From contig OZ024740.1 of the NCBI GenBank assembly GCA_964016885.1, positions 437,100,001 through 437,164,000 on the forward strand: a stretch of 64,000 nucleotides of DNA, in the 5' to 3' direction. Every line of letters starts with the position of its first letter. Within the stretch, counting starts at the first letter, position 1. Shown here one piece after another: positions 52,601 to 64,000 of this stretch. A program made the translations under genes and the position numbers. The notes beneath the pieces were generated by a model. The model saw nothing but the letters and a program-made list of their open reading frames with translations. It was not told the DNA's origin and did not search any database. This DNA is from Eledone cirrhosa (taxonomy: Eukaryota).

Positions 52601-55600
52601 CAGTTGTATACCGTTTATGACTAGGCTGTGTCTACTGTTATATACCGTCTATGGCTAGTCTGTGAATACAGTTGTATACCGTCTAGGACTAGTCTGTGTC
52701 TACAGTTGTATACCGTCTATGGCTAGTGAGTATCTACAGTTGTATACCGTCTATGACTAGTCTGTGTCTACTGTTGTATACCGTCTATGGCTAGTGTGTG
52801 TCTACACTTGCATACCGTCTATGGCTAGTCTCTGTCTACAGTTGTATACCGTCTATAGCTAGTCTGTGTCTACAATTGTATACCGTCTATGACTAGTCTG
52901 TGTCTATTGTTATATACCTTCTATGACTAGTATATGTCTACAGTTGTATACCGTCTATGACTTGCCTATGTCTACAGTTGTATGCCGTCTATGACTAGTC
53001 TGTGTCTACAGTTGTATACCGTCTATGACTAGTCTGTGTCTACTGTTGTATACCGTCTATGACTAGTCAGTGTCTACAGCTGTATACGGTCTATGACTAG
53101 TCTGTGTCTACAGTTGTATACCGTCTATGGCTAGTCATTCTCTACAGTTGTATACCGTCTATGACTGGTCTGTGTCTACAGTTATATACCGTCTATGGCT
53201 AATCAGTGTCTACAGTTGTATACCGCCTATGACTAGTCTGTGTCTACAGTTGTATACCGTCTATGACTAGTCTGTGTCTACAGTTGTATACCCTCTATGA
53301 CTAGTCTCTGTCTACAGTTGTACACCGTCTATGACTAGTCTGTGTCTACAGTTATATACCTTCTATGACTTGTCTCTGTCTACTGTTGTATACCGTCTAT
53401 GACTAGTCTGTGTCTACAGTTGTATACCATCTATGACTAGTCTCTGTCTACAGTTGTATACCGTCTATGTGTAGTCAGTGTCTACAGTTTTAAAGCGTCT
53501 ATGACTAGTCTGTGTCTACTGTTGTATACCGTCTATGACTAGTCAGTGTCTACAGTTGTATACCGTCTATGACTAGTCTCTGTCTACAGTTGTATAAAGT
53601 CTATGGCTAGTCAGTGTCTACAGTTGTATACCGTCTATGACTAGTCTGTGTCTACTGTTATATATCGTCTATGACTAGTCTGTGTCTACTGTTATATACC
53701 GTCTATGACTAGTCAGTGTCTACAGTTGTATACCGTCTATGACTAGTCTGTGTCTACAGTTTTATTCCGTCTATAACTAGTCTGTGTCTACTGTTATATA
53801 CCGTCTATGGCAAGTCTGTGACTACAGTTGTATACCGTCATTACTTATCTGTGTCTACAGTTGTATACCGTCTATGACTAGTCTGTGTCTAATGTTATAT
53901 ACCGTCTATGGCTAGTCTGTGTCTACAGTTGTATACCGTCTATGACTAGTGTGTGTGTACAGTTGTATACCGTCTATGGCTAGTCAATGTCTACAGTTGT
54001 ATACCGTCTATGACTAGTCTGTGTCTACAGTTATATACCGTCTATGACTAGTTTGTGTCTACAGTTGTATACCGTCTCTGACGAGTCTGTGTCTACAGTT
54101 ATATACCGTTCATGACTTGTCTGTGTCTACAGTTGTATACCGTCTATCACTAGACTGTGTCTACAGGTGTATACCGTCTATGACTAGTCTCTGTCTACAG
54201 TTGTATACCGTCTATGACTATGAAGTGTCTAGAGTTGTATACCGTCTATGTCTAGTCAGTGTCTACAGTTGTATACCGTCTATGGCTAGTCAGTGTCTAC
54301 AGTTGTATACCGTCTATGATTAGTCTGTGTCTACAGTTGTATACCGTCTATGATTAGTCTGTGTCTACAGTTGTATACCGTTTATGACTAGGCTGTGTCT
54401 CCTGTTATATACCGTGTATGACTAGACTGTGTCTACAGTTGTATACCGTCTATGACTAGTCAGTGTCTACAGATGTATACGGTCTATGACTAGTCTGTGT
54501 CTACAGTTGTATACCGTCTATGATTAGTCTATGTTTACTGTTGTAAACCGTCTATGACTAGTCAGTGTCTACAGGTGTATACCGTCTATGACTAGTCTGT
54601 GTCTACAGTTGTATACCGTCTATGACTAGTCTGTGTCTACAGTTTTATACCGTCTATGGCTATTCAGTGTCTACAGTTGTATACCGCCTATGACTAGTCT
54701 GTGTCTACTGTTATATATCGTGTTTGACTAGTCTGTGTCTACTGTTATGTACCGTTTATGACTAGGCTGTGTCTCCTGTTATATACCGTCTATGTCTAGT
54801 CTGTGTCTACAGTTGTATGCCGTCTATAACTAGTCAGTGTCTACAGTTGTATACGGTCTATGACTAGTCTATGTCTACAGTTGTATACCGTCTATGATTA
54901 GTCTGTGTCTACAGTTGTATACCGTTTATGACTAGGCTGTGTCTACTGTTATATACCGTCTATGGCTAGTCTGTGAATACAGTTGTATACCGTCTAGGAC
55001 TAGTCTGTGTCTACAGTTGTATACCGTCTATGGCTAGTGAGTATCTACAGTTGTATACCGTCTATGACTAGTCTGTGTCTACTGTTGTATACCGTCTATG
55101 GCTAGTCTGTGTCTACAGTTGCATACCGTCTATGGCTAGTCTCTGTCTACAGTTGTATACCGTTTATGGCTAGTCAGTGTCTACAGTTGTATACCGTCTA
55201 TGACTAGTCTGTGTCTACAGTTGTATACCGCCTATGACTCGTCTGTGTCTACAATTGTATACCGTCTATGACTAGTCTGTGTCTACTGTTATACACCTTT
55301 TATGACTAGTATATGTCTACAGTTGTATACCGTCTATGACTTGACTATGTCTACAGTTGTATGCCGTGTATGACCAGTCTGTGTCTACAGTTATATACCG
55401 CCAATGGCTAGTCAGTGTCTACAGTTGTATACCGCCTATGACTAGTCTGTGTCTACAGTTGTATACCGTCTATGACTAGCCTGTGTCTACAGTTGTATAC
55501 CCTCTATGACCAGTCTCTGTCTACAGTTGTACACCGTCTATGACTAGTCTGTGTCTAGAGTTGTATACCGTCTATGTCTAGTCAGTGTCTACAGTTGTAT

Positions 55601-58600
55601 ACCGTCTATGGCTAGTCAGTGTCTACAGTTGTATACCGTCTATGACTGGTCTGTGTCTACAGTTATATACCGTCTATGGCTAGTCAGTGTCTACAGTTGT
55701 ATACCGTCTATGACTAGTCTGTGTCTACAGTTGTATACCGTCTATGATTAGTCTGTGTCTACAGGTATATACCGTCTATGACTAGGCAGTGTCTGCTGTT
55801 ATATACCGTCTATGACTAGTCTGTGTCTACAGTTGTATACCGTCTATGACTAGTCTGTGTCTACAGTTGTATACCGTCTATGGCTACTCAGTGTCTACAG
55901 TTGTATACGGTCTATGACTAGTCTGTGTCTACTGTTGTATACCGTCTATGACTAGTCAGTGTCTACAGTTGTATACCGTCTATGACTAGTCTCTGTCTAC
56001 AGTTGTATACCGTCTATGACTAGGCTGTGTCTACAGGTGTATACCGTCTATGACTAGTCTCTGTCTACAGTTGTATACCGTCTATGGCTAGTCAGTGTCT
56101 ACAGTTGTATACCGTATATGACTAGTCTGTGTCTACTGTTATATATCGTCTATGACTAGTCTGTCTCTACTGTTATATACCGTCTATGACTAGTCAGTGT
56201 CTACAGTTGTATACCGTCTATGACTAGTCTGTCTCTACTGTTGTATACCGTCTATGACTAGTCAGTGTCTACAGTTGTATACGGTCTATGACTAGTCTGT
56301 GTTTACAGTTGTATACCGTCTATGACTAGTCTGTGTCTACTGTTATATATCGTCTATGACTAGTCTGTCTCTACTGTTATATACCGTCTATGACTAGTCT
56401 GCGTCTAGATTTGTATACCGTCTATGTCTAGTCAGTGTCTACAGTTGTACACCGTCTATGGCTAGTCAGTGTCTACAGTTGTATACCGTCTATGACTGGT
56501 CTGTGTCTACAGTTATATACCGTCTATGACTAGTCTGTGTCTACAGTTGTATACCGTCTATGACTAGTCTGTGTCTACAGTTGTATACCGTCTATGGCTA
56601 GTCAGTTCTACAGTTGTATACCCCTTATGACTAGTCTGTGTCTAGTGTTAAATACCATCTATGGCTAGTCTGTGTCTATAGTTGTATACCGTCTATGACT
56701 AGTCAGTGTCTACAGTTGTATACCGTCTATGACTAGTCTGTGTCTACAGTTGTATACCGTCTATGATTAGTCTGTGTCTACAGGTGTATACCGTCTATGA
56801 CTAGGCAGTGTCTGCTGTTATATACCGTCTATGACTACTCTGTGTCTATAGTTGTATACCGTCTATGACTAGTCTGTGTCTACAGTTGTATACCGTCTAT
56901 GGCTAGTCAGTGTCTACAGTTGTATACGGTATATGACTAGTCTGTGTCTACTGTTGTATACCGTCTATCACTAGTCAGTGTCTACAGTTGTATACCGTCT
57001 ATGACTAGTCTCTGTCTACAGTTGTATACCGTCTATGACTAGTCTGTGTCTACAGTTGTATACCGTCTATGACTAGTCTGTGTCTACAGTTGTATACCGT
57101 CTATGGCTAGTCAGTTCTACAGTTGTATACCCCTTATGACTAGTCTGTGTCTATTGTTAAATACCGTCTATGGCTAGTCTGTGTCTATAGTTGTATACCG
57201 TCTATGACTAGTCAGTGTCTACAGTTGTATACCGTCTATGACTAGTCTGTGTCTACAGTTATATACCGTCTATGGCTAGTCAGTGTCTACAGTTGTATTC
57301 CGTCTATGACTAGTCTCTGTCTATAGTTGTATACCGTCTATGATTAGTCAGTGTCTACAGTTGTATACCGTCTATGACTAGTCTGTGTCTACAGTTGTAT
57401 ACCGTCTATGGCTAGTCAGTGTCTACAGTTGTATACCATCTATGACTAGTCTGTGTCTACTGCTGTATACCGTCTATGACTAGTCAGTGTCTACAGTTGT
57501 ATACCGTCTATGACTAGTCTCTGTCTACAGTTGTATACCGCCTATGACTAGTCTGTGTCTACAGTTGTATACCGTCTATGATTAGTCAGTGTCTACAGTT
57601 GTATACCGCCTATGACTAGTCTGTGTCTACTGTTATATATCGTCTATGACTAGTCTGTGTCTACTGTTATATACCGTCTATGACTAGTTAGTGTCTACAG
57701 TTGTATACCGTCTATGACTAGTCTGTGTCTACAGTTGTATACGGTCTATGACTAGTCTGTGTCTACTGTTATATACCGTCTATGGCTAATCTGTGAATAC
57801 AGTTGTATACCCTCGATGATTAGTTTGTGTCTACAGTTGTATACCGTCTATGGCTACTGAGTATCTACAGTTGTATACCGTCTATGACTAGTCTGTGTCT
57901 ACTGTTGTATACCATCTATGGCTAGTGAGTGTCTACAGTTGTATACCGTCTATGACTAGTCTGTGTCTACTGTTATATACCGTCTATGGCTAGTCTGTGT
58001 CTACAGTTGTATACCGTCTATGGCTAGTCAGTGTCTACAGTTGTATACCGTCTATGATTAGTTTGTGTCTACAGTTGTATAGCGTCTATGACTAGTCTGT
58101 GTCTACAGTTGTATACCGTCTATGGCTACTGAGTATCTACAGTTGTATACCGTCTATGACTAGTCTGTGTCTACAGTTGTATACCCTCTATGACTAGTCT
58201 CTGTCTACAGTTGTATACCGTCTATGACTAGTCTGTTTCTACTGTTATATACCGTCTATGGCTAGTCTGTGTCTACAGTTGTATACCGTCTATGGCTAGT
58301 CAGTGTCTACAGGTGTATACCGTCTATGACTAGTCTGTGTCTACTGTTATATACCGTCTTTGGCTAGTCTGTGTCTACAGTTGCATACCGTCTATGGCTA
58401 GTCTCTGTCTACAGTTGTATACCGTCTATGGCTAGTCAGTGTCTACAGTTGTATACCGTCTATGACTAGTCTGTGTCTACAGATGTATACCATCTATGAC
58501 TAGTCTGTGTCTACTGTTATATACCGTCCCTGACTAGTCTGTGTCTACAGTTGAATACCGCCTATGACTAGTCTGTGTCTACAGTTGTATACGTCTATGA

Positions 58601-61600
58601 CTTGACTGTGTCTACTGTTGTATACCGTCTATGATTAGTCCGTGTCTACAGTTGTATACCGTTTATGACTAGGCTGTGTCTACTGTTATATACCGTCTAT
58701 GACTAGTCTGTGTCTACAGTTGTATACCGTCTATGGCTAGTCTGTGTCTATAGTTGTATACCGTCTATGACTAGTCAGTGTCTACAGTTGTATACCGTCT
58801 ATGACTAGTCTGTGTCTACAGTTATATACCGTCTATGGCTAGTCAGTGTCTACAGTTGTATTCCGTCTATGACTAGTCTCTGTCTATAGTTGTATACCGT
58901 CTATGACTAGTCAGTGTCTAGAAGTTGTATACCGTCTATGACTAGTCTGTGTCTACAGTTGTATACCGTCTATGGCTAGTCAGTGTCTACAGTTGTATAC
59001 CATCTATGACTAGTGTGTGTCTACTGTTGTATACCGTCTATGACTAGTCAGTGTCTACAGTTGTATACCGTCTATGACTAGTCTCTGTCTACAGTTGTAT
59101 ACCGTCTATGACTAGTCTGTGTCTACAGTTGTATACCGTCTATGGCTATTCAGTGTCTACAGTTGTATTCCGTCTATGACTATTCTCTGTCTATAGTTGT
59201 ATACCGTCTATGACTAGTCAGTGTCTACAGTTGTATACTGTCTATGACTAGTCTGTGTCTACAGTTGTATACCATCTATGGCTAGTCAGTGTCTACAGTT
59301 GTATACCATCTATGACTAGTCTGTGTCTACTGTTGTATACCGTCTATGACTAGTCAGTGTCTACAGTTGTATACCGTCTATGACTAGTCTCTGTCTACAG
59401 TTGTATACCGTCTATGACTAGTCTGTGTCTACAGTTGTATACCGTCTATGGCTATTCAGTGTCTACAGTTGTATACCGCCTATGACTAGTCTGTGTCTAC
59501 TGTTATATATCGTCTATGACTAGTCTGTGTCTACTGTTATATACCGTCTATGACTAGTTAGTGTCTACAGTTGTATACCGTCTATGACTAGTCTGTGTCT
59601 ACAGTTGTATACGGTCTATGACTAGTCTGTGTCTACTGTTATATACCGTCTATAGCTAATCTGTGAATACAGTTGTATACCCTCGATGACTAGTCTCTGT
59701 CTACAGTTGTATACCGTCTATGGCTACTGAGTATCTACAGTTGTATACCGTCTATGACTAGTCTGTGTCTACTGCTGTATACCATCTATGGCTAGTGAGT
59801 GTCTACAGTTGTATACCGTCTATGACTAGTCTGTGTCTACTGTTATATACCGTCTATGGCTAGTCTGTGTCTACAGTTGTATACCGTCTATGGCTAGTCA
59901 GTGTCTACAGTTGTATACCGTCTATGATTAGTTTGTGTCTACAGTTGTATACCGTCTATGACTAGTCTGTGTCTACAGTTGTATACCGTCTATGGCTACT
60001 GAGTATCTACAGTTGTATACCGTCTATGACTAGTCTGTGTCTACTGTTGTATACCATCTATGGCTAGTGAGTGTCTACAGTTGTATACCGTCTATGACTA
60101 GTCTGTGTCTACTGTTATATACCGTCTATGGCTAGTCTGTGTCTACAGTTGTATACCGTCTATGGCTAGTCAGTGTCTACAGGTGTATACCGTCTATGAA
60201 TAGTCTGTGTCTACTGTTATAATCCGTCTATGGCTAGTCTGTGTCTACAGTTGTATACCGTCTATGGCTAGTCGGTGTCTACAGTTGTATACCGTCTATG
60301 GCTAGTCGGTGTCTACAGTTGTATACCGTCTATGACTAGTCTGTGTCTACAGATGTATACCATCTATGACTAGTCTGTGTCTACTGTTATATACCGTCCC
60401 TGACTAGTCTGTGTCTACAGTTGAATACCGCCTATGACTAGTCTGTGTCTACAGTTGTATACGTCTATGACTTGTCTGTGTCTACAGTTGTATACCGTCT
60501 ATGATTAGTCTGTGTCTACAGTTGTATACCGTTTATGACTAGGCTGTGTCTACAGTTGTATACCGTCTATGACTAGTCTGTGTCTACAGTTGTATACCGC
60601 CTATGACTAGTCTGTGTCTACAGTTGTATACCGCCTATGACTAGTCTGTGTCTACACATGTATACCATCTATGACTAGTCTGTATCTACTGTTATATACC
60701 GTCCCTGACTAGTCTGTGTCTACAGTTGTATACCGCCTATGAGTAGTCTGTGTCTGCAGTTGTATACCGTCTATGACTAGTCTGTGTCTACTGCTATATA
60801 CCGTCTATGACTAGTCTGTGTCAACAGTTGTATACCGTCTATCACTAGAATGTGTCTACAGTTGTATACCGCCTCTGACTAGTCTGTGTCTAGAGTTGTA
60901 TACCGTCTATGACTATTCTCTGTCTACAGTTATATACCGTCTATGTCTAGTCAGTGTCTACAGTTATATATGGTCTATGACTAGTCTTGGTCTACAGTTG
61001 TATTCCATCTATGACTTCTCTGTGTCTACAGTTGTATACCGTCCATGACTAGTCTCTGTGTTCAGTTGTATACTGACTATGACTAGTCAGTGTCTAGAGT
61101 TGTATACCGTCTATGTCTAGTCAGTGTCTACAGTTGTATACCGTCTATGGCTAGTCAGTGTCTACAGTTGTATACCGTCTATGACTGGTCTGTGTCTGCA
61201 GGTGTATAGCGTCTATGACTAGGCTGTGTCTGCTGTTATATACCGTCTATGACTAGTCTGTGTCTACAGTTGTATACGGTCTATGACTAGTCTGTGTCTA
61301 CAGTTGTATACCGTCTATGGTTAGTCAGTGTCTACAGTTGTATACCGTCTATGACTAGTCTGTGTCTACTGTTGTATACCGTCTATGACTAGTCACTGTC
61401 TACAGTAGTATACCGTCTATGACTAGTCTCTGTCTACAGTTGTATACCGTCTATGACTAGTCTGTGTCTACAGTTGTATACCGTCTATGGCTAGTCAGTG
61501 TCTACAGTTGTATACCGCCTATGACTAGTCTGTGTCTACTGTTATATACCGTCTATGGTTAGTCTGTGTCTACAGGTGTATACCGTCTATGACTAGTCTG

Positions 61601-64000
61601 TGTCTACAATGGTATACCGTCTATGGCTAGTCAGTGTCTACAGTTGTATACCGTCTATGACTAGTCTGTGTCTACAGTTATATACCGTCTATGACTAGTC
61701 TGTGTCTACTGTTATATACCGTCTATGACTAGTCTGTGTCTACAGTTATATACCGTCTATGACTAGTTTGTGTCTACAGTTGTATACCGTCTATGTCAAG
61801 TTGTGTCTACAGTTATATACCGTTCATGACTTGTCTGTGTCTACAGTTGTATACCGTCTATGACTAGTAAGTGTCTAGAGTTGTATACCGTCTATGTCTA
61901 GTTAGTGACTACAGTTGTATACCGTCTATGGCTATTCAGTGTCTACAGTTGTATACCGTCTATGACTAGTCTCTGTCTACAGTTATATACCGTCTATGAC
62001 TAGTCTGTGTCTACAGTTGTATACCGTCTATGACTAGTCTGTGTCTACGGTTGTATACCGTCTATGGCTAGTCAGTTCTACAGTTGTATACCCCTTATGA
62101 CTAGTCTGTGTCTAGTGTTAAATACCGTCTATGGCTAGTCTGTGTCTATAGTTGTATACCGTCTATGACTAGTCAGTGTCTACAGTTGTATACCGTCTAT
62201 GACTAGTCTGTGTCTACAGTTATATACCGTCTATGGCTAGTCAGTGTCTACAGTTGTATTCCGTCTATGACTAGTCTGTGTCTACTGTTGTATACCGTCT
62301 ATGACTAGTCAGTGTCTACAGTTGTATACCGTCTATGACTAGTCTCTGTCTACAGTTGTATACCGTCTATGACTAGTCTGTGTCTACAGTTGTATACCGT
62401 CTATGGCTATTCAGTGTCTACAGTTGTATACCGCCTATGACTAGTCTGTGTCTACTGTTATGTATCGTCTATGACTAGTCTGTGTCTACTGTTATAAACC
62501 GTCTATGACTAGTTAGTGTCTACAGTTGTATACCGTCTATGACTAGTCTGTGTCTACAGTTGTATACGGTCTATGACTAGTCTGTGTCTACTGTTATATA
62601 CCGTCTATGGCTAATCTGTGAATAAAGTTGTATACCCTCGATGACTAGTCTCTGTCTACAGTTGTATACCGTCTATGGCTACTGAGTATCTACAGTTGTA
62701 TACTGTCTATGACTAGTCTGTGTCTACTGTTGTATACCATCTATGGCTAGTGAGTGTCTACAGTTGTATACGGTCTATGACTAGTCTGTGTCTACTGTTA
62801 TATACCGTCTATGGCTAGTCTGTGTCTACAGTTGTATACCGTATATGGCTAGTATGTGTCTACAGTTGTATACCGTCTATGATTAGTTTGTGTCTACAGT
62901 TGTATACCGTCTATGACTAGTCTGTGTCTACAGTTGTATACCGTCTATGGCTACTGAGTATCTACAGTTGTATACCGTCTATGACTAGTCTGTGTCTACT
63001 GTTGTATACCATCTATGGCTAGTGAGTGTCTACAGTTGTATACCGTCTATGACTAGTCTGTGTCTATTGTTATATACCGTCTATGGCTAGTCTGTGTCTA
63101 CAGTTGTATACCGTCTATGGCTAGTCAGTGTCTACAGTTGTATACCGTCTATGATTAGTTTGTGTCTACAGTTGTATACCGTCTAAGACTAGTCTGTGTC
63201 TACAGTTGTATACCCTCTATGACTAGTCTCTGTCTACAGTTGTATACCGTCTAGTCTGTGTCTACTTTTATATACCGTCTATGGCTAGTCTGTGTCTACA
63301 GTTGTATACCGTCTGTGGCTAGTCTGTTTCTACTGTTATATACCGTCTATGGCTAGACTGTGTCTACAGTTGTATACCGTCTATGGCTAGTCAGTGTCTA
63401 CAGGTGTATACCGTCTATGACTAGTCTGTGTCTACTGTTATATACCGTCTATGGCTAGTCTGTGTCTACAGTTGCATACCGTCTATGGCTAGTCTCTGTC
63501 TACAGTTGTATACCGTCTATGGCTAGTCAGTGTCTACAGTTGTATACCGTCTATGACTAGTCTGTGTCTACAGATGTATACCATCTATGACTAGTCTGTG
63601 TCTACTGTTATATACCGTCCCTGACTAGTCTGTGTCTACAGTTGTATACCGTCTATGACTAGTCTGTGTCTACAGTTGTATACCGCCTATGACTAGTCTG
63701 TGTCTACAGTTGTATACCATCTATGACTAGTCTGTGTCTACTGTTATATACCGTCCCTGACTAGTCTGTGTCTACATTTGTATTCCGCCTATGAGTAGTC
63801 TGTGTCTGCAGTTGTATACCGTCTATGACTAGTCTGTGTCTACTGCTATATACCGTCTATGACTAGTCTGTGTCAACAGTTGTATACCGTCTATGACTAG
63901 AATGTGTCTACAGTTGTATACCGCCTCTGACTAGTCTGTGTCTACAGTTGTATACCGTCTATGACTATTCTCTGTCTACAGTTATATACCGTCTATGTCT
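34625..64000. repeat. 34-bp satellite array (~860 monomers), consensus GTCTATGACTAGTCTGTGTCTACAGTTGTATACC, continuing past the right edge
   Basis: Head-to-tail 34-bp period throughout, a few substitutions per unit and rare indels. No inversions or TE insertions were seen. Confidence 0.99.
35660..46400. repeat. Higher-order repeat of 105 monomers (3570 bp), ~3 copies
   Basis: Marker accgtattac at 39181/42751/46321 (spacing 3570, 3570). Marker tatagactag at 37283/40851/44421 (spacing 3568, 3570). Confidence 0.95.

Noticed and set aside
37330-61048. Repeated 66-76 aa ORFs in the satellite
   Set aside because: 34 is not a multiple of 3 and consensus monomers carry stops on both strands, so these are chance openings. 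They are useful only as HOR markers.
34625-64000. CRISPR-like array (34-bp repeat)
   Set aside because: Units are contiguous with no unique spacers, there are no cas genes, and the context is eukaryotic.

Overview
Eukaryotic, AT-rich, microsatellite-dense intergenic DNA with no recognisable host gene. The SINE families and (TA)n density resemble a cephalopod (Octopus-like) genome; this is an inference. Bases 1-34.6 kb are a pile of mobile elements: a decayed hAT (SPIN/Charlie-like) transposon, a decayed near full-length L1/Tx1 LINE, three tandem R4/Dong retrotransposons in (TAA)n, CRE/RTE/CR1 fragments, tRNA-SINEs and MITEs. Bases 34.6-64 kb are one 34-bp satellite array with a 105-monomer (3570-bp) higher-order repeat. 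The main unexpected signal is about 15 type-I hammerhead ribozyme (HHR) motifs, found by eye, from about 11 different sequence contexts within ~29 kb. They lie mostly in short non-coding cassettes next to (TA)n tracts, several arranged as long palindromes or a direct tandem repeat. This fits Penelope-like element (PLE) pLTR remnants or retrozyme-like elements. Ribozyme folds are manual and untested, and element boundaries are approximate.
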